A DNA stretch of 62,305 nucleotides, the filler included, from Choristocarpus tenellus KU-1152 (taxonomy: Eukaryota; Protista; Phaeophyceae): NCBI GenBank assembly GCA_964200185.2. It is 11 parts of 11 records of this genome, joined end to end, with 100 filler letters (N's around TTAATTAATTAA, not from the genome) between each part and the next. Parts side by side here need not be neighbours in the genome. Positions count along the whole stretch, not along the records: positions 1 to 6,474 come from CAXNAD020008063.1; positions 6,575 to 15,867 come from CAXNAD020003811.1; 9 more parts are not named here. One strand, written 5' to 3'. The translations under genes were made by a program, and so were the position numbers. Positions 1 to 11,276 of the stretch are shown here, one piece after another. Numbering within the stretch: the first letter of the stretch is position 1; each line of letters opens with the position of its first letter. The notes under the pieces were generated by a model. That model had not been told where the DNA came from. It did not search any database and saw only the letters and a list, made by a program, of their open reading frames with translations.

Positions 1-68
1 CAGCTCATCCAGGAAGCATTCCGCTTGCTTGCAGAGGCGCCAAAACTTTCCGCCGCAAAGGTGTTGAG
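1..68. repeat. End of a dispersed repeat; second copy at 26074-26139
   Basis: ctcatccaggaagcattccgcttgcttgc..aaaggtgttgag is near-identical at the start of two contigs. Confidence 0.85.
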
Positions 69-89
69 TTTATCATATATATTATATAT

Positions 90-270
90 ATTATTGTGCC
101 CTCTTGACATTTTCCAGATGTGACAGGGAGGGGGGAAACCAATGAAAACTATACACATTTCAGTATTAGCCTCAAAGAAATAAAATGTCACAAATGTGGA
201 AGACATTAATCCATTTATTACTTCACTATGTTGTACAACCCCACCTTGCTGTGTCTCCAATCTACCTATA
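90..270. repeat. Diverged dispersed repeat; second copy at about 9800-9975
   Basis: Shared tgccctc(t)tgacatt..caatgaaaact..aaatgtg(g/a)aagacattaat blocks in the same order. Confidence 0.65.
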
Positions 271-294
271 TATTATAATTAAATCTTACTATAA

Positions 295-1766
295 CAGTAA
301 ATGTACCTATATAAGAGAGGTCGATATAAGAGAAAACGGGATATAAGAGAGGGTAGATTGACTTATCATAACTTTTCAACCTATATTAAAGAGAGGTGTT
401 GGCATTTTCCTTCCAATTCTCTCTTATATCGAGCAAACTACCATTTTTTCCAATACTTAACCGAGAGTTTCTAAAAAGCCATTTCTAACGTTAACCAAAA
501 TACAACAGAGTAAGGCACAAAGGTGCTCGAGATCAGCAATACACAACATAGATTGCAGTCTTTTTTCTCTGAGTACTGCAAAGTACACTACATACAGTGT
601 ATCACATCAAGTTTAGAAGACTGCATCGTACAGATATAATGATGCCCTGTGCAATGGGATCCAGCTGCAACATACAAGGTAATACTTGTGTTCCGCCACA
701 CTATACCTACCACAAGTGTCACGTTTGTAGTGGCTATCTTCATGGTATTTGCGGCGTAGTCGATCCTTTTGGCGCCAGTGAAATTAAATGCGTGTGCCAA
801 TTGTACATGAGCCCCACCAAGTGCAAAGTTTCGAGTCCTCTAGCTAATGGCAACATGGCGTCGATGCGCCACAATAACATGAACATGGGTACAGTGAAGG
901 TGCTACCAAATAAATCTATAGAGAAAGACACATCCTACAAGCCTCGCGGCACCAACAATCGTAAACGCTTGGGCTTTGTAGAGAAGGTGGAAGCATTGAC
1001 GCTCCTCAAGACCATGATGTGAACTGTGGTTGCTCAAAAGTTTGGAATCGGTGACAGCACCCTCTACAAGTTGAAGGAGGAGGCAACAATCATCATGGAG
1101 AAAGAGCAGACGTTGAAGTCTGACGCCAAGTCTACCAGGGGTGCCAAACATGTTGAGATGCGTCAGCGCGTGGGTTGAGTCGTAGGTTGATTGTGATCGT
1201 GATTGAAATGTCTTTCTGCACTGTCTGCTGATGAGGATCATGATTGAACTTTTTTTTAATTTTGTGCGCATTTCTATCGTACTGTAATGTCTGTACTGTG
1301 TACTGTAGTATCACAGGTGGCCATTCTGATTGTACAAGGTGTCCTTATATATTAATGAGGATCACTCCGATACTCTTGACCATCTGCACCTCAAACCCAG
1401 TGGAAAACCGTCTCAGGTTGCCATCGATGCAGTGAGAGCGTGGGGATCTGTGTGAAAGACAACGATGAAGTGACGTCACAGCCCCATCGAAATGGGCTCA
1501 CCAAGGGCAATGTTCAATACATATCTACATGCAACTACTCTTGAAGGCACATGAGAACCACATACAGCAAGGTTGTCGCTCTGTCGTCGTTTGGGGACAA
1601 GTATAAAGTGCCTTCAGCCACTTTTGCTCGATAAAACAGCGGTTTCTCTTATCACGATCCCTCGGTTTAAGAGAAAAACGCTCTTATATAAAATAAGAGA
1701 GGACCAGGATATAAGAGAGGGGTTTTTCGCTTGCCTCTACCCTCTCCTATATAGGTACACCCGCTG
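295..1766 (+). mobile_element. Non-autonomous pogo/Tigger-like DNA transposon
   Basis: TIR cagtaaatgtacctatataagagagg at 295 matches cctctcctatataggtacacccgctg ending at 1766. Repeated subterminal (g)gatataagaga motifs occur at both ends. An internal psq-type HTH remnant is present. Confidence 0.75.
597..1125 (+). pseudogene. Truncated pogo-like transposase: Cys/His finger plus psq/CENP-B-type HTH, no DDE domain seen
   Basis: CAMGSSC..HKCHVCSGYLHGICG, then RKRLGFVEKVEALTLLK*TVVAQKFGIGDSTLYKLK read through the stop at 1020-1022. Confidence 0.65.
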
Positions 1767-2504
1767 AAACAGTGAAGGTGTAGAAGGGTTTTGGGGAACT
1801 GGGATAAATTATTGACCACCTCATTGCATGATGGCATCCAACAGGATTTTTTAAAGGGGATCCATCCCCCTGTTTCCCTATCATCTACTGATGTTGAACA
1901 CACTCAAATCACTGTAACCATCAATTACCCAGGAATTTTAATCCCCTAATCCATCATCTATCTTTTCTAAGCGTGTGACATTCTAGCAAACATAACGCCA
2001 TGGTACCCAAACCATTGTGAGTCTTGTCATTGGTACATTGCAGGTTTTGTAGCATTTTGATTGGCAAAAACAAATGCGAATTGTTCGCTTCGATTGGATA
2101 ATTTCTGTATGAGATCATCAAACCTTTGAGTGTTGCCCCGAGGATCTTACCGATGTCATATTGCTTTCACCATAGTTTCCAACCAGAAACGATAAATTCC
2201 ATTAGATTTGGTAATAAAAAACACTAAGAACAGAAATTGGGGATTTAGATAAAACGTTCCGATAGTGAATTTCATTTCGTGGAAACGCTCTATTGTTTTT
2301 TCCCCTCACACATCAACAAAATGTTAGAGGGCATAATAAAAAAATAGTGTGTGAAAGTAGAAGACAACCCAACTGTGAAACATTGACACTACTTACTGTC
2401 TCTTATATCTTGGTAGTTGGAAGCAAGGCACGGAATTTCTTAACAGGATTATTGCTCGACAACGTTGTCGAACCAGTTTGTCTAAGTGCATGTAATTCTC
2501 AGGA

Positions 2505-2800
2505 TGGGTGGTACCCACTCAGGAGCAGCAGGTCTGTCGATCTCATTTGGGGTGTCTATGACTGTGGTAAAAAAAACTTATCTACAAGAACTTTCCCTAT
2601 GACCATGTGTTAGCTCAATAACAGGGCTACCCACCCAGTAGGAGCAGGTCGGTTAATCTCATGTAGGGTCGCTATTACCCCCATGTCTGAAAAATACGAG
2701 TACAAAAACGTTCCTTACGATTTTCCTTTGGTGCAAATAGAGAGAGAGATACCCACCCACCAGTAACAGGTCCGATAATGTTGTTTGGGGTCGCTATTAG
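2505..2800. repeat. Degenerate tandem repeat, about 120-bp period, 3 copies
   Basis: acccac..gcaggtc..atctcat..gggt(g)(t/c)(g)ctat recurs near 2513, 2629 and 2751. Confidence 0.6.
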
Positions 2801-2816
2801 CTAAACTTATAAAAGG

Positions 2817-2862
2817 AAAGTTTGTGAAGTAATCTGAGTTTTGTGGGCAGGAGAATTCTGGT
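2817..2862. repeat. Dispersed repeat; second copy at about 25915-25959
   Basis: gttt(g/a)tgaagtaa(t/a)ctgagttttgtgggc(a/g)ggagaattctggt in both places. Confidence 0.7.
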
Positions 2863-3194
2863 AGTAATGTGGTACTGGGGAGGGGGAGGTGAGGAAAGAA
2901 AAAGAAAAAGCAGTCAAGTGGTGAGCGAAGAGTTAAGAAATGGTTGGTATGTAAAGAAAACCTAGGGCTGGTGATGCAAGGTAAGGAGGGCTAGAAGAAG
3001 ACAACCTCCGAGCAAGCTCTCCCACCCACCTACCCTTCTGCTAGCTCACGACCAATTGGGATGCTGGGTAAGGGGAGGGGAGGTCAAGTTCGGGCGGGGT
3101 AGATGTCTTCTAGTTCCTAGGCACAGTGTGAGGGGATGATGAAGAGGTGTTCTTGGATGATTGTGGAGTGGTGTTGAGTGGGGTTGAAGGGTAG

Positions 3195-3690
3195 GGTGGT
3201 GACTGGAAATCAGTGGCAAAGGGGTCGAACTGGTTGGTCATCGGATGTGGAGGGTGACTGGAAATCAGTGGCGAAGGGGTCGAACTGGTTGGTCATCGGA
3301 TGTGGAGGGTGACTGGAAAGCAGTGGGGAAGGGGGTTCACACTGGTTGGTCATGAGAGGTAGGCGGTTGCTGGAAATCACTGGTGAAAGGAGTTTGCATT
3401 GGTTGGCCATTGCATGGGGGGGGGGGTGACTGGAAATCAATGTCGAAGGGATTGCACTGGTTGGTCGTAAAATGTGAGGAGTGACAGGAAATCAGTGGCG
3501 AAGGGATTCACACTGGTTGGTCATCGCAGAGGGGGGGTGACTGGAAATCAGTGTCGAAGGGGTTGCACTGGTTGGTCACAAGTGGCGGTGCAATGGGGAG
3601 GTGAGGAATGGATGGAATGCAAAAATAGACTAAAGTAATAATAATAATAATAATAATAATCCAGAATTCGTGAGCAAAACAAAACACACG
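3195..3690 (+). repeat. Dispersed element carrying a ~58-bp minisatellite (6-7 copies); reverse copy at 62075-62305
   Basis: Unit gggtgactggaaatcagtggcgaaggggtcgaactggttggtcatcggatgtgga. Downstream aataatccagaattcgtgagcaaaacaaa is also present reverse-complemented at about 62077-62106. Confidence 0.85.
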
Positions 3691-5359
3691 CGCAATAAAA
3701 TCATTTGCTAGAAATGCTTTGCTTTACATCATAATTATGCGAACAATATTTACTTGCTCTTAGAGACGCTCTCCCCTAGACCCCTTCATATCTCTGAAAA
3801 GAATATACATAGGATCCTTTCTCCCAGCTTCTAAAGCCCTCCTTAATAGATAGAACTTTTCGATTAATTGCACAATAATGATAGCTGTACCCAGTTTGTA
3901 GCTGTAGAGTGTAGAGGAAGAAATGTAGTACATGTTGTGTCATCCCACATTATGGACCGAGTCTGGTAGATCCACTGGTTGGTACTACTAAGCTTGAAGC
4001 TGCCACAGAGTTATGAATGAGTATTATTGTAGTTTCCAGGGTTTTTCATCAGGCTGGATAATTATAGAGTGACTGAGCCGGAGGTTGTTCTGGATGAAAT
4101 ACATCAACAGGACCAGTCCAGGGCCTAAGATAGTAAAACCGGAGTGGACTATGGAACAGCCCGTTCTATATCTAAACTGTACCAGACCGGGCTGTAGTTT
4201 GGCCCGGATTAAACATGTCTCAACATGCTTGGATGGGGGCTATCAAAGAGTATCTGGGAGCCAGTCATCACCCATCAATACTAAACAGCAAATATGTACT
4301 ATTTATTGCCTCGACTTTTTACTCCAACTAGTCAACTAGACTCTACATTCTACTCTAATAGGGCTTCCAAATTTTCATCTTGCACGTCTGGAGTAGTTTG
4401 ACGGAGCCACTGAAACAACAAATCTAACAAATGGTTTAACAGGACTGGTAGTATATCCAGACCTGATCGCGGATCGACCAAGCCTGTCGGTCTGTTTAAC
4501 TGCCGGTCCCGTGAAGAGCCCTGGCAGTTGGCACTATTGCAAAACTTGCGGGTAAGGTGTTGAGAGAGGAATAGGGGATTGGGGACATCATGGGTGACTC
4601 TTGTTGTCCTGTCATGCAACTATCAAGAAGGACATACCTTGAATGTAGTACAAAGTAGGCGTGTGGCATGGTTCCCTTGATGTAAGATGCATGCGATAGC
4701 TACTATATTGATATATGCGGCCTCTTGTATTGTTCTACACTAATTTACTGTAATTACTACTGCTGCTTTGAGTCTTCCTACAAACAACAGAGAGCAAGAC
4801 AAGAAACAATCGCGAAACATCAAGTCCAACATGATCAGATTGTTATTGTCATATCCTCAATTATTAAGATGTCTTCTTCCTCCAACAGTAGAAACAAGAA
4901 AATGAGGAGTGTGCAACAACCCGCAGCAAGTTAAGGTCGGCAACTATATACTCACTCAAATGAGGTTATCTCCAGAGGGTATACTGCTTTGTGCCTTATC
5001 TACACGACTTTTTAAGATTGTAGAGGCCTTATCTAGACAGTAAATGACGTAACATGCCGAAGTCTCAATCTATCAACATCCACCCGCCGAAACTGGCAAG
5101 TCCTTGCTATATCCTTGATTCATAAAACACCACTCAGCATATATTGATTGCCAATAGTATGAGGTGTGGCGGGAGGAGGCCTTTTTCCCGGGGGCTTCTA
5201 CAATTCAACCTGTTAAAAAACAGGAAAAAAACATTTCACTCACAAATATTACTACAAGGTGGTAAGAGTACCACAAGAAGAATCAACAACGAACTAAATA
5301 AGCATAGAGCTGGCAATGTAACGAAGATGGTTGGACTGAGATATTGTTCAAAGGCACAA

Positions 5360-5614
5360 GAGTAAAAGTATCTTATAGGGTACGAGTTTTGCCCTGTTTG
5401 TCCGTTTGGGGCTTGGCTTCCCACCTGTTTTTTCTTACATTTTACTCCGAAATGTGTCGAAGCAGGTAAAATGTGTATGTTATGAAAAAGTGTGTCCGAA
5501 ACATGGATATTTACACTTGCTGATAAACATGATCGCCAAAATTACATTAACATCGCAACATTGGATTTTGACTCCCAAACAGACGCGACTCTACCCTCTA
5601 AGATACATTCACTC
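5360..5614. mobile_element. MITE family B (~255 bp, Sola2-like termini)
   Basis: TIR gagtaaaagtatcttatagggta / taccctctaagatacattcactc; interior homologous to copies at 45598 and 57085. Confidence 0.85.
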
Positions 5615-5869
5615 CAATCAGAAATCAGTCAACTTTAGTTTTTGTGAGGTCGGCAGGTTTCTTTGGACTGATCGAGCATGCTCTCTAGACATCATTGACA
5701 ACGACTGGCTGCAGTTCAAACAGTTATACATATGTGTTCCAACCAACCTGATGCCACCAGTCTGCAAAGTGTTCCTCTCAGCCAGGCAGGTGTGAATTCA
5801 CACTCTGCACTACTCAACCAACCACTTGCCCCACTATCTACTACTAATATTGTTCTCTTGTGCAATTGA

Positions 5870-6290
5870 TTCCACCAAGATGAGGTGTGGGCAATACAGT
5901 CTGTGGATTTTTTTTGTCAACTTGGGCGGTATTTTTGCCGAGAGACAATAATAGCAAAAGGCAATGTCTCGTTTGGGAATAGTATGTAAATAGAATGAAA
6001 GAGCTCTAGAAGTGTTGACTCCTTTGGGAGTGGCGAGCTGGTTCTTGGCATGCACACATACGACTACTATCTGATACTAATGCAGTTTTTTTGAGTACTT
6101 GACTTCATCAAGAAGAGGTGTGAGCGATACACCCTGTGGATTTTTTTTGTCACCTTTGCCTATTTTTTTTGTTGGGAGAGAACAGCAAAATATACGTCTC
6201 AATTGTGGATAGGATGAAAAAGAACGAAAGAAGGCTGTAAATAGACACCCCTTTGTGTGACGAGCTGGTTCTTGGCGTGCACACATATCA
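5870..6290. repeat. Diverged tandem duplication, ~230-bp unit
   Basis: gaggtgtg..ctgtggattttttttgtca..cgagctggttcttggc(a/g)tgcacacata occurs twice. Confidence 0.7.
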
Positions 6291-6310
6291 CAGAGAGGCA
6301 AGTGGGAGGT

Positions 6311-6474
6311 GGGTCAAAGTATCTGGGGGGGGGTGTCAGCGTCCGTTTTTCACCCTTTTTTCGATTTTCACTTTTGGTGTGATTTGGTCGCACGTGTCGG
6401 ATTATAAATGCCAGGAAAAAAAAGAGTTGTTTGACTGAAACGGACGCCCCCCCCCAGCCCCCCCCCCCCCGGTA
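6311..6474. mobile_element. MITE family A' (GGGTCAAAGTATCT plus poly-G/C), truncated at contig end
   Basis: Matches partial copies at 15968-16039, 39234-39327, 49872-49911 and 59187-59211. Confidence 0.8.
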
Positions 6475-6574
6475 NNNNNNNNNNNNNNNNNNNNNNNNNN
6501 NNNNNNNNNNNNNNNNNNTTAATTAATTAANNNNNNNNNNNNNNNNNNNNNNNNNNNNNNNNNNNNNNNNNNNN
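6475..6574. other. Artificial contig linker (first of ten)
   Basis: N44-TTAATTAATTAA-N44 six-frame stop spacer repeated identically ten times. Confidence 0.98.
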
Positions 6575-9500
6575 ATGACGAGGCCCAGCTGCGCTTCGCC
6601 AAAGGGCGCCGGTTGGGGAAAAACGCGTATGTTCGCCAGGTAAACGCATCAAAGGGTGCAGTTGTCGACACCGGTCACTGCGAGTAGCACTAGCGACGTG
6701 GCAGTCTCTTTGTCTAATGCTCCACGACATAACGCACCTACAATCCTGGATCGCCGCGCATGCGCCCCGCGATGACAAACTATTTCAATTCTTGAAATAT
6801 CTAAATTTAAAATCCCAAAACATTAATACTTTCATTAATTGAAACAACTAACTTTGAAGCGACCTTTAATATTACTATGTAATAGGTCCATTTGAAGATG
6901 TTTCAGAGTATCAAAAGCTTTTTTGCTGAATTCTTCTAGGTTTTGCTGATTTTCTGCTCTTTGATCAACTTCTTATAAGAACAGCATACCTCCGATGTCT
7001 GCTACATTATTTGTTACTTCGCTTGAGCTACTTTCGTTTGTTTTTTTGCTAGCAGAAAATTTTATGTTTTCTTTCTTATTTGATGATTTTTTTTGTGTTA
7101 TTCATACCTAAAGGCAGCACTAGTGGGAAATGAAATCTTGTTCCATTTATTCAGTAGTGCTACAGTGTGGTGCATTGATACTGACTCACAGGAGGGATTG
7201 TCTTGTACGAAAATGGTCTATTCTTTGCCGTTAGAAATTCCCATGAACCGCAAACCCCACTATTTGTTATATTCCAGCATCCATGACCGACCACACTTGA
7301 GTGGTTCGATTGTTCGATGGGTATCAAGAGTTGCCTTTTTTTTTTGTCTTGTGTATTTGAGACAGAATGGTTAAAACTGAGCCAAAATATCTTAAGAGGG
7401 TAAAGCCGCATCCATTTGGGGACCAAAATCCAATGTTGCGATTTCGTTGTCATTTTGACTATCGTGTTTGTTAGGCTCTCTAGAATCAAGGTCGCTCAAT
7501 AGCTTACACATACATATTCGAAATAAAGAGTTTAATGGAGACTGCCTTGTCCTTTTCAAAGACCATTGACCATTTGATGCCTGCGGAACATTCCATTGAG
7601 ACTTTATTGCCAAGATACTTGTTGGTATCTCGTGCTTATACCTTTGATCTTGGTCGATGCTCTATATCTTGTCTGTAATTGCTGACTGGACAGGGAGTTG
7701 CAACTCCTGGAAATGATCAGACCTGAATAGAAGCCGTGTTCTTTTCACAAACAGATCAGAGATTTGTGAAAGAAACTTCGGAAGGTTTGCACTGATCTTT
7801 GCAATTGGGCATATTAATCACAATATGGAACATATTTCTATAGGTATGTTTTCATTATAGTGGGTTGCTTTGCCCTTCATCATATTCCTTTTTGCTCGGC
7901 TTGCAACTGGTCATTGATCACGAATATTTTTTTTCTTTGAGGACCTTTTAGGACCTTTGATGACCAATTCATCGCAACATTATTACTCCGCTCAGCATGC
8001 TAAGTGGAATAAAGATATTACATGTATATATATATATATCTCAACCGTGTTTGCCCAGAGAATCATTCAGTAAAAAAAGAAAAAGAAAAAAAAGATATTT
8101 TGGCTATGCTTCCCTCTCAACCTATAAAGTCCACTATCTAATGTTCCTTCATGTGGGTGCCACAAATGAAATGGAATAGGATTCTAAAAACACCCAGGAA
8201 AATTCTATGATTCTAAAAATCTAAAAATCTAAAAATCCAGAGCACTGGTACTCGCTACTGATAAAGCAATTGACGATGCAAAGAGCACTCAGCAATGCCA
8301 GAGAAAAGAAATTCTAGGAGTTTCTGTATTCCCTTGAGTCGAACATCTGCAGTAGTCAAGTTTTGTTCGATACTGTTTTTAGTTGGAGAGATACGCTTGT
8401 GGAGAATGAGGTTGCCGGCTCATTTTATTTGCAGTTATTCCGGCATTGGTTGCTGGTGTTTAACTGCTTTTTGCACACTAGGCACTTAGGGTGTTTCTTC
8501 GACAATTGTAAACCACGATTTTGCTCATTTTGTGGTGGCTGCGGCATGGATCCTGACAGTATATTATGTTAATGATGTGCGTGGTCCACATGGGAGATAG
8601 TCAATGGCGGTTACATTATGAAGCAGGAGATTCATAGTCGACCAAAGTTTGCTCCTCTATGAAAGATGAGAGTCGTGTGATTGTGAATCTGTGGTCCTGA
8701 TGCACACCAACATAGGTAACGTATGGGCTACAAAGGACCTTGAACTTCTCAGTTAACTCAAGATTTGTGGTCCGATACTTCAAGATGGCAGGGATAATCT
8801 TGTTGGCAACCCCAACTAAAAGCCAACCTCTCAACCTAGGAATAAATTACTTCGACGTATTCATCATAACAAATGGCCGAATTTGCACACCTTTGTTTGC
8901 CCACATCCATTCTAGTTTCTGGCATACAGTTTTCTATCCGCCTGCTTTCTCTCAAGATCCCCCGTGACCTCTCTTTCTACTCTTGGTAAAGTCTTCTTTT
9001 TACAAACTAAACCACTACTCAAACAATGGAAATATGTGTACACAGGTATTCTACCTCGGTACAAGGGCAAGATACACAGCTCGACATTGGTTATGTTCTG
9101 CGTTAAACCATCCTTGAACAAGTAATCACCCTAGTAGTCTTTTCCTTCTCACATACCCTCACTACCTTCCCCTCCTTCTTCCACTCAGGATGGCACAACA
9201 AGCTACTTCTTCTCCCTTGAGGACCTCAGGCGCCTCTTCTGTGGTAAGACATCATTAGATGGAACTCCAAAGTGTGTGAATAGGGGAGAAGCAGAGGCTG
9301 GCTTGGGTATGGGATTGGAACTGGGACAAAAATGTGGGCACGTAGATGGGAAGATCGAGGAACAGAATTCTGGTGGGGAGGTAGGAAAAGGGAAAAGGGA
9401 GGAGGATGTGTGGTGGGGAGAAGGGGCGGGCCTTGAAGTGGAGGAGTTGTTTTTTGTCCAACGCCAGTATGCTAATCGTGGGCAAGGAGTTGCGAGGAGA

Positions 9501-9605
9501 CGAGTTTGGGCCCATGGAAAGTTCCGGAAGCCTGAGAAAGCTACTGGAAATGTATCTTGCTCTGGAGTGCCTGCTGTTGCTACTACGACATTGCCGAGAA
9601 ATTGA
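6575..9605 (+). CDS. METTL6: tRNA N3-methylcytidine methyltransferase (METTL6/METTL2 family), last two exons: <6575-6639 and 9189-9605
   Basis: Spliced peptide (Y)DEAQLRFAKGRRLGKNAYVRQ|DGTTSYFFSLEDLRRLF...VQRQYANR..RRVWAHGKFRKP matches the family C-terminal motifs. Phase-0 GT-AG intron at 6640-9188. Confidence 0.88.
7379..7475. mobile_element. Partial MITE family B inside the METTL6 intron
   Basis: gagccaaaatatcttaagagggta..gtccatttggggaccaaaatc..ctatcgtgtttgttagg-like sequence matches the 57085 copy. Confidence 0.75.
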
Positions 9606-10400
9606 TATTGAAGTAGCAAGAGCTTTAACAGACTTTTAACTAAGTGTATTTCTTCTGTACACACTATTCAACTCTTTATTTAGATACAACTGTACTGTCA
9701 AAAGCCAAACTTCAACGGCAAACTAGCACTTACCTTACCCTCAAATGAAACACCAACTTTTATCGTACTGCAAATATGAACTTGTATGCATTTATATTTT
9801 ATAATATTATGCCCTCTGACATTCTACAGGTGCGTCAGGGAAAAAACAATGAAAACTGTTCACATGTCAGATAACCCATAAAAAGATAACAGTTGTCGTA
9901 AATGTGAAAGACATTAATATATTTACTATTTTTCTACCAGCTATGCTCACCACTGCCTTCCTGTGCTTCTAACCTAGCTTAGTCCTGCATCCCAGGGTGG
10001 GGACCTAGGGAAGCATTCCAAGAATTTAACAAGCCCCTCCTTGCCCATCTCCCTGATGTTTCCAACTTAGAACGCATATTTTTGCAATTCCATACCTTTC
10101 TGTGCCGTATCTCCTTCCAAAACCCCTTCTCAACCATTTCTCACTACTTTGCAAGTATATAATCGGTATTTTTTTCTGTTTCAACACATTCCATAGTAGG
10201 AAATACTGTTTCGTAAGGTTCGTGTAACCTCCATGGTAAGTAACCGACTGTATATGTATATCATATAGATCCCTGATTTCTTTGCGAAATAGTGAAACCC
10301 TCACAATCTATTGCGCTGAGTGGTGCATTGAAAAATCAGGATCCTGGTGTTCCCCAGGTATACTTTTAATCCACTGGGGAGTCGTAGCAGTTGTTCAGTA

Positions 10401-10652
10401 GAACCGAAGTAAATGAGGAATTAAGGTTAGGGTTAAGGATGCGAACAAAATGCGCAAAAAAATCGGTATCTTGTAGAAAGGTTTACGTACAGGAAACTAC
10501 CTTAATTCTCTCGAAAATCTTCAAACATTAACGAAATATAACGTTATCAAGATAATCTTAGCAATAAATGCATGGGTGAATTGCAAGAGATGAAATGAGC
10601 TGCTAAAATGCAAAACGCCCAAAATCTGGGTTCCTCTCATTTACTTTGGCTC
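10401..10652. mobile_element. MITE family C (252 bp) with 4-bp TSD
   Basis: TIR gaaccgaagtaaatgag / ctcatttactttggctc; flanked by agta on both sides. Confidence 0.85.
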
Positions 10653-11018
10653 AGTAGTGGCACCTACTGGTTGAGAGTTCGGTTTGGGGATTTACCCACT
10701 GTGTTGAGAATAATATTGAACTTGTAATGCCTCAAACCAATTGTGATGTAGGCAGGTTTGGACCCTTTGCATTCTAAGCCATCTTTCATACCCTGTGCAA
10801 TATACCCTATTATATTGCTTTATTTGCACAACAGTGTACACAAACTGTTATCTCCCCTTACAGCACACAAAACGACACCACAATATAATTCAACAAAGGC
10901 TCCTCCTGCATTGTACCAAACGGCACCTTTTTGCCCTTTCTTGGGATCCTTAAAATGCAACCCTGCCTACCTCTCAGTTGGTAAGACCCTAATGTCAAAT
11001 AAAACGGCAACGGATTCT

Positions 11019-11276
11019 GTGCCAAAGTAAACGAGATGCACCCAGGTTTTGGCCTTTTTGCACTTTGAGACACTTTTTTAATATTTTGCTATTCACCCCT
11101 GATTGTATGAATAACATGTTAAGATTGACTTCAGAGCATGGATTTCTCTATTGTTCAAAAATGCTAAATAGAAAAGCAGAAAAAGTCCCTATATGCGTTT
11201 GTGGAAAAGTCAAATATTACGCGTGTGTCGTTCTCCTTAAAATGTAGACGTGTACATAACTCGTTTACTTCGACTC
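11019..11276. mobile_element. MITE family C (258 bp) with 4-bp TSD
   Basis: TIR gtgccaaagtaaacgag / ctcgtttacttcgactc; flanked by ttct on both sides. Confidence 0.88.

Noticed and set aside
3195-3580. Regularly spaced repeats resembling a CRISPR array
   Set aside because: The whole 58-bp unit repeats with no unique spacers; there are no cas genes and the context is eukaryotic.
3930-4630. Possible solo LTR
   Set aside because: No confident TG...CA boundaries, TSD or second copy in the window.
6475-6574. Recurrent TTAATTAATTAA motif
   Set aside because: Artificial linker embedded in N runs; not biological.
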